Origin: Trichoplax sp. H2
Lineage: Eukaryota
Length of the DNA stretch: 46,030 nucleotides
Direction: 5' to 3'
Assembly: GCA_003344405.1 (NCBI GenBank)
Contig: NOWV01000228.1
Location: 62,001 to 108,030, forward strand
Under the pieces are notes generated by a model, which saw nothing but the letters and a program-made list of their open reading frames with translations, had not been told where the DNA came from and made no database searches. Positions within the stretch are counted from its first letter, which is position 1, and every line of letters starts with the position of its first letter. Below, in pieces: positions 39,760 through 46,030 of this stretch. The translations under genes and the position numbers were made by a program.

Positions 39760-42700
39760 CTACAATTCATCTTTACTATCATCAGCATTTACAGTTATGC
39801 CTAGTTCGCTTAAATCAAATTCTTCTTCTTCTGGCAATTGGCCGTCTTTGCCATCCCAACTATCAATTGTCAAAATTTCGGGTAGTCCTTCGCCACGAAG
39901 GGCTGCAGTTGATCCACGGCCATATGATAATTCTTTTAAAAATTCATTAACAGTCTGCTCACTAAATGCTAGCTTCAATTCCGCAAACAGACTTTTCCGA
40001 GGATTAAGCGCAATCATTGCTGGATAGCCATATCCACCAACACCAACAGCGCTCTCCAACTTGGATTGTGTACCAGCAGCGCACCATAACCAACCCCATT
40101 GCTTTCTTTTAAATTTATCACCAAGTCCATGTATCAGCTCAAGAAATTTATTTCGTCCACTAGCACCAGTGTCCAAGATATTTGGCAAGAAGGAAATTAC
40201 ACATAATTGTTTATTTTTACAAGTTTCATCGAACACCTCTGCGCTTACTAATTCTATGATCTCAGGGGGTTCGGCATTTTCAGCATATTTCTCTTCAGCC
40301 CAATTGACAATATCAGATGCAGTGCGACCACCAGTATAGTCTTCAGCACTGCTGAAGTCTTTCTTGCCTCCAGGAAAGAACTTAATAGTAGGAAATCCTT
40401 TGACCTAATCAAGTCCAAATGCGCCAAAAAGTAAGTTATGTACAACAGCTACCTTACTACACACAGGTAATTGGCATTTAAGGTTAATATTGCAAGGCTA
40501 TAACAATTGCAATTGCCCATACCTCGTACTTATTAGCCACAATAGTATTAGCTGTAGCGTCAACCGCAGCCAGGTTAACTTTACCTTTTAGACGAGTAGC
40601 AGCCCTAGCCCATTCTGGAGCTAAATTTTTACAATGCCCACACCAGGGAGCATAAAATTCTACTAACCACATCTCTTTGCTGTTGATAATCTTTTCTTCG
40701 AAGTTACCATCAGTGATTTCAACTACATCGTTCGATCCCGAGGACTTTATATTTTAATTATAAAGAAATGCTATAAGAAATGCTGTCGGAAATCACTTAA
40801 CAGCTGTACATAATCTATTTCATAATTACTAACATTGCTATCACTGCTGCTACCACCGCTGCTGCCGCTACCGCCGCTGCTACCGCTACCACCACTACTA
40901 CCGCCAGCACGTTTTTGTGTCATTTCTCGAAGTGCATTGAATGCATGTTCAACGATAGCCTGTGAAGTTCTAGCTCCTATAGAAAATCGTTATAAAATTA
41001 GCTCCGAACATGTTTTGAGCACGACTACAGTTTAAGTTTCCTTTAAATACGGTAATACGATAAACATGGTGATAATGAAGATGTACCATTATAATCGCTT
41101 GGGTGATTCTTATCAGCTGCAAATATCTGCAATAGAGCATAACTAGCTTTACTTTCATGTTATCTAAATTAAAATTCATAGCAAAAAAGTTTAGCATGCC
41201 TTGATAGTTGGAAATCCTTGCACATTGTATGGGGCCCCAACAGAAGGATATTTATCCATGTCAACAGCTCCAACATTTACTATCCCCTGATGAAACAAAA
41301 CAAAAGCAATTCATAAGTAATTTTAATAATTAGAATTAAAAAATCTATAAAATACTCTGATAAAATTAATCCGAACAATTTTCTCAAGCAGCAAAATCCT
41401 ACTAAGGGTAAAAGTAGAAAATTGTGCTTCTTCATCATAGCTACCTTTAGTGAAGTTGCAGCTTTAGACCATTCCGGTGCTAGCCTCTGGCAATGTCCAC
41501 ACCTGCATTAGTTGTAATAATGATAATTATAACACCAATATGCTCACAAATGCTATGCAACCGATATTCAGTCTTGAGCGAATTTCCAAGCAGCTCATTT
41601 CTACAGTATGTTAGTCTAAAGAGGACCTCCTCTTAAAAGAGTATATAATAAAAATTGTGTATTACTAAATGAGCTTATTTTATTAGAATCGGTATACACC
41701 TCAAATCTAGCTACTCTTTCGTTCAGTATGTATTGAGATATAAGGTTAGAGCTATATATCTCTGGTTGAAACTATGAACAGATGATAAAGACTACGATTT
41801 AAAAAAATTCAGACCCATTCTCACACTAACAGGCTAATAGCATCATACACGTAAATAGCCTTTGATGTAATGTAAAAGTAAGCTAGTCTATTATGCTATT
41901 TGTCGCCCATGTTTCCATCAGATAGCATCCCCAATTGGGTAATAATGTCTATGGACTACTGATAGCTAACATGTTTGCTTAATAACAAATAGTGATAGAG
42001 AACGTCAATATGATGCAGTCATAAGTTAACGTATTTATTGTTAGTATTTTTATCAGACATGATGAATTTAGTGACATATACATTACGTAGTACTGATAGC
42101 TGACTTGTTAAACTGCACGTTGAAAATAGGATTACTCAGTATGATAATGATGAAATACTACTTTTTAAACACATTGTGATGGAGTATAGTGCGCTGTTAC
42201 TTACCAGGGGGCGTAAAACTCCACCAGCCACAACTGATCACTTTGTAAAACACGAGTTCTGAAATCAGCATCAGTCAAGATCTGTACATCAGATGATGCA
42301 TCATACAGAGCCTCAACATTTGACAGGGAAATCAGTAAGCAACATGTAAGAACGTCTAAATAAGACAAGATCACACAAATAATGGATTAGAATACCATCA
42401 CAACTGGCAGTCAAGCACTATTATACGTATTGTTAGTATGTACAATCTAGAAAATGCAACATTGACGCAGTTATCTTTATTGAATGGGATGAAATTTGTA
42501 TCCTCTACCGAGTAATAAATGATAAAATTCGTAGTTGATTTATGCAAAAGTGCACGATCACTTTGCAATCACTCCCGCAACCCCAGCATTGTACTTCTCG
42601 ACAGTAAACATACTTTCCAGTGGGCAGTGGCAAATCAATATGATGGTGCAATGGAGCCATTTTTTTTACAAGCCAGCGTACAGTAGAGGGCATGTGGGGT

Positions 42701-43217
42701 ATTGCTATGCAGTGCGTTATGATACCTGATTAAGTTCACTTAGCTCATTCCGTCGACAAAGAAGTGAACTAACAATTGGCTAGTAGTTACAGAAAAATTA
42801 TTTTTGAATACAGTAGTAGTGCTTATCGTACCTCTACAATCCTAATACAACGACAGTAGTTGATGGTGTTGCTAGGGGATTGTGAGCCCTTGCAGTCGAC
42901 TATTGCACATTCTACAACTCTCTAGACCTGTAGAAAGGTGCAGTACTACTTGTACCATACGAGTATAAATGATGACATCCATCCTTCAGATGATAATACT
43001 ATCATTAGAGCCGCTTCAGAGTATCCACATCCAGTATGAGCATTTAATCACTAGGAACGATAGCAAGCACTGGCAGTAAAACATCCAGCTGATCTGGCCC
43101 CACTGCTCAACACTACTCTACACGCCAAGAAGGAAATCCCACTATTTCACTTTAGAACCATAACAAGCAAAACCAATCTCGATGAAGTTTACGAAATAAC
43201 TTACATATGATTTGCAT
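39760..43217 (-). CDS. PDIA6: Protein disulfide-isomerase A6 (P5), about 452 aa; join(43217..43205,42355..42205,41502..41445,41286..41200,41126..41087,40976..40834,40744..40523,40404..39760)
   Basis: Signal peptide [20 protein letters not shown]; two thioredoxin domains with [13 protein letters not shown] and GFPTIK; a Gly/Ser linker; a C-terminal b domain with GGYGYPAM and WDGKDG; an acidic tail ending KDEL. All exon phases are consistent (1359 nt). The 13-nt first exon is the least certain. Confidence 0.95.
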
Positions 43218-43436
43218 GCTCCTTCAAGTCGTTCTCGAGTCTAGAGTCTAATTATCTAAACCTGCAACAGTTAATCCACGGTCTGGATTCCTGACAACGA
43301 TGGCAATGGGATCAAGTTTCTAAATTTAAGGCTTGAAGTGGGGATGAAATGTGCTCACACCAGTAAGTTTTTGCCCTTTTTACCCTCTTACCTTAGAGCT
43401 TGAGTCGATGTGGCGACATGACTGGTTACAATGGAA

Positions 43437-43870
43437 CGTACAGTACAGTACCGTACAGTGTACAGTGTACAGTATACAGTGCACTACACTGTACAGTACG
43501 GTAAAAGAGTCAACGAGTCAAACATGGGATGAATCATCAATGCCACGTACTCGACTATGATTTGCTCATTTCATTTCAAGCAAGTCACTTGAAATGTACA
43601 GTACAGTACTGTACTGCACGGTGTACAGTACATTGTACACTGTAGAGTACAATATGCTACTATAGAGCCCGTTATGTTTAAACTGCGCAAGGACGTTATA
43701 TGTGAGAGCCAATAGAAAAGGGCCACGCATTTCCTTTGTATACTGTATGTCACCTATACAGTACAGTACACAGTATTGTACAGTACTGTACAGTACAGCA
43801 CCTTCCACTTGCAAGTTGCAACAAAGTACTGTAAACAGTACAAAACATAGAGTACGAAGTACTGTACTAT
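43437..43870. repeat. Patchy (TACAG/CTGTA)n simple repeats upstream of PDIA6
   Basis: Runs such as GTACAGTACAGTACCGTACAGTGTACAGTGTACAG and GTACAGTACAGTACTGTACTG in both orientations. Confidence 0.8.
43709..43727 (+). promoter_or_regulatory. ER stress response element (ERSE) CCAAT-N9-CCACG
   Basis: CCAAT AGAAAAGGG CCACG is an exact consensus match about 490 bp upstream of the PDIA6 ATG. Confidence 0.75.
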
Positions 43871-43871
43871 A

Positions 43872-44138
43872 GAAAAACCATAAATTGACCCTAATGGAGT
43901 TAAAATAATATAATAAATAAAATATATAATATACACTGAAAAACCATAAATTGACCCTAATGGAATTATACTAATAAAATCAAATGAAATATATAATATA
44001 CACTGAAAAACCATAAATTGACCCTAATGGAATTATACTAATAAAATCAAATGAAATATATAATATACACTGAAAAACCATAAATTGACCCTAATGGAGT
44101 TAAACTAATAAAATAAAATAAAATATATAATATACACT
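43872..44138. repeat. Minisatellite, 4 units of 66-67 bp
   Basis: GAAAAACCATAAATTGACCCTAATGGA... starts at 43872, 43938, 44005 and 44072; units 2 and 3 are identical. Confidence 0.95.
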
Positions 44139-46030
44139 TATACAGTAATATGTAGTCCAACAATTTTTGTAGCCTGGTCTGATCCACAGTACACTGTATG
44201 ACAGTACAGTATAGCACAGTAGGATTGGCTAGCGTACTCATACTACAGCACAATCCTACAATTGTCAAGGTTAATATGATTATATACGCCTACAGTATTA
44301 GCCGGCTATGATACAGAATAGCCGGAATGCGCATTTTAAAATAACGTACAGTATATTATTATTCAATTGATTTATTCATACAGTAGTCAATTTTTACATC
44401 AAGGAGGTAATGAATCATTTGACACAATCAAATATCGACTCTCAGTAGAAGTACTGTACGATATACATTCATACTATTATAGTAATACAGAGACTGGCTA
44501 AAGAAAGATGGTTTCCAAATAATAAGGCCAACTATCATACTTGCACTCGAAAACAGTTGTCTCATTTACGCTAATGGGTAGCATAATAACGTCGCGATCA
44601 GTAAACTATACTTATCAGGGATCAATTCAGGCAAAACTACGGTAAATTAGCAACCATCAATTCCTTATTAGCATGAAATATTACCCAAATTAGCGCTTTA
44701 ATTTGTGAATATGAATATATGAAAGTTAATTCTTTATGAAAGAGTCATTCAAGGCATTACCCTTAGCATGTAATAAGTTCAATTGCCAGTGTTAATTGTA
44801 CAGTATAAATTTCCCTCTCCCTTCCCCCTCCTAAAAGATGCTGAACGCCACTTTGTATCTATTTTGTTAAATCAGAGACTTCTAAGAGAATTTTCTATAA
44901 TTCAATAAATCCAGTATCAGTATCCGAATTCTTTTAGCAAAAATTATAGGCTTAAAAATTAATTATTAGAGAAAACACGTTAAGGGAAGGTTGTCATGTG
45001 ATAGTCACTTGTTAATTGAAAAATAAGCCAAGTTCAAGTGCACTATATAATGGTAGATATGCACGGTAATTAATATTCTAATTTATATACAGTTCATTGT
45101 TAAAAACAAAACGACACCAAAAACATAAGTTAAGAATAGTAATATACAATATCCACGTACGTGAGCATATTTATCATCCATCCATGATTTATGCAATCGT
45201 TTAACTCGTAGAACTACAGCAATGTAAAGTTAAATCATGGTAGTATAAACTATTAAAGTATACATTAGAAATTGCCTTAAATTACAGCAACTAAACACCA
45301 ATACACTATAATTGAAACATTACAAGTCCTTGATGTCGACATGATATTCACCTAGAGCAGCATGTGCTGCATTGACTATCTTGAATAAAAAATACAATTA
45401 TATTACCATCATAATAGTGGTAAAACAAGTAAATCATAGATAATAATCAGTATAGCTTACAATACATCGTTTATTTAAATTGTATAGGTCACGAATGCCT
45501 AGGCTGTGACTAGTAAGAGTAGGAATTAAATCCACTACCTCGTACTGTGGGATTTGAAAATCACTCGCTGATTAAAAGATTAATCTACGACAATTAATCG
45601 TTCCGATATTATCCCCCAAAATTGTGATCATTTTCTTTCACGCATTATGGAGAATTTAAAAACAGCAGAGGACGATATTCACTTTAAAAGCATGAAACTG
45701 TGTAAGTGAGAACGAGCTAAGATTGGACCATTAATCTTACGCAGTGCCAATATATGTTTAATCAAGTGATTTATGTATCTATATAACATGTTATATCCTA
45801 TCAGAAGCTTATCTGATATTTTATTAAGATATTGCGCTTTATTTTCTAATCTAGATTTTAATCCCAACCGCATTTACAAACAACTAGAAAATGTAATTTT
45901 TCATTTACTTTTAGAACTGCATTTTACGTAACTCACTCCTTCAAACTATGTACAGTTACCTGAATACAATGCTTTAATTACAGGCTGGATTTACTGGTAG
46001 TAAGCTAACCGTGGAGCAAGTCTCAAAGTT

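Noticed and set aside
39726..41035. Plus-strand ORFs, including the Leu/Pro-rich 40835..41035
   Set aside because: Antisense shadows of PDIA6 exons and its Gly/Ser linker.
42505..42729. Alternative PDIA6 first exon or separate ORFs in intron 1
   Set aside because: The 13-nt exon at 43217..43205 has ATG, a perfect GTAAGT donor, the correct phase and completes the signal peptide; these ORFs do not fit as well.
43872..44138. CRISPR-like array of repeated 27-bp cores
   Set aside because: The intervening sequences are also near-identical (no unique spacers), there are no cas genes and the context is eukaryotic; it is a minisatellite.
43351..44268. Tyr/Cys/Val-rich ORFs
   Set aside because: Translations of the TACAG simple repeats and the minisatellite.

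Overview
AT-rich, intron-containing animal genomic DNA (GT-AG splicing, TATA boxes, AATAAA signals). The low GC, short introns and (TACAG)n-type simple repeats suggest an early-branching invertebrate such as a placozoan, but that is only a guess. Five genes, all on the minus strand. (i) A tandem cluster of four paralogous secreted prepropeptide genes (about 167-177 aa). Each has a signal peptide, a 3-Cys B-like chain, a basic cleavage site, a connecting peptide and a 5-Cys A-like chain starting with CC. Each also has the insulin-type gene layout: a non-coding exon 1, an intron just before the ATG and a phase-1 intron in the connecting peptide. They look like a highly divergent 8-Cys insulin/relaxin-superfamily family. 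All four share an identical promoter E-box (TAACAGGTGCA) and conserved 3'UTR blocks, and an orphan promoter/exon-1 relic of a fifth copy lies at about 9.3-9.7 kb. (ii) An 8-exon PDIA6 (P5) gene with a GC-AG intron and a perfect ERSE upstream. Also present are several tandem repeats and a 20-N gap flanked by an apparent allelic duplication.
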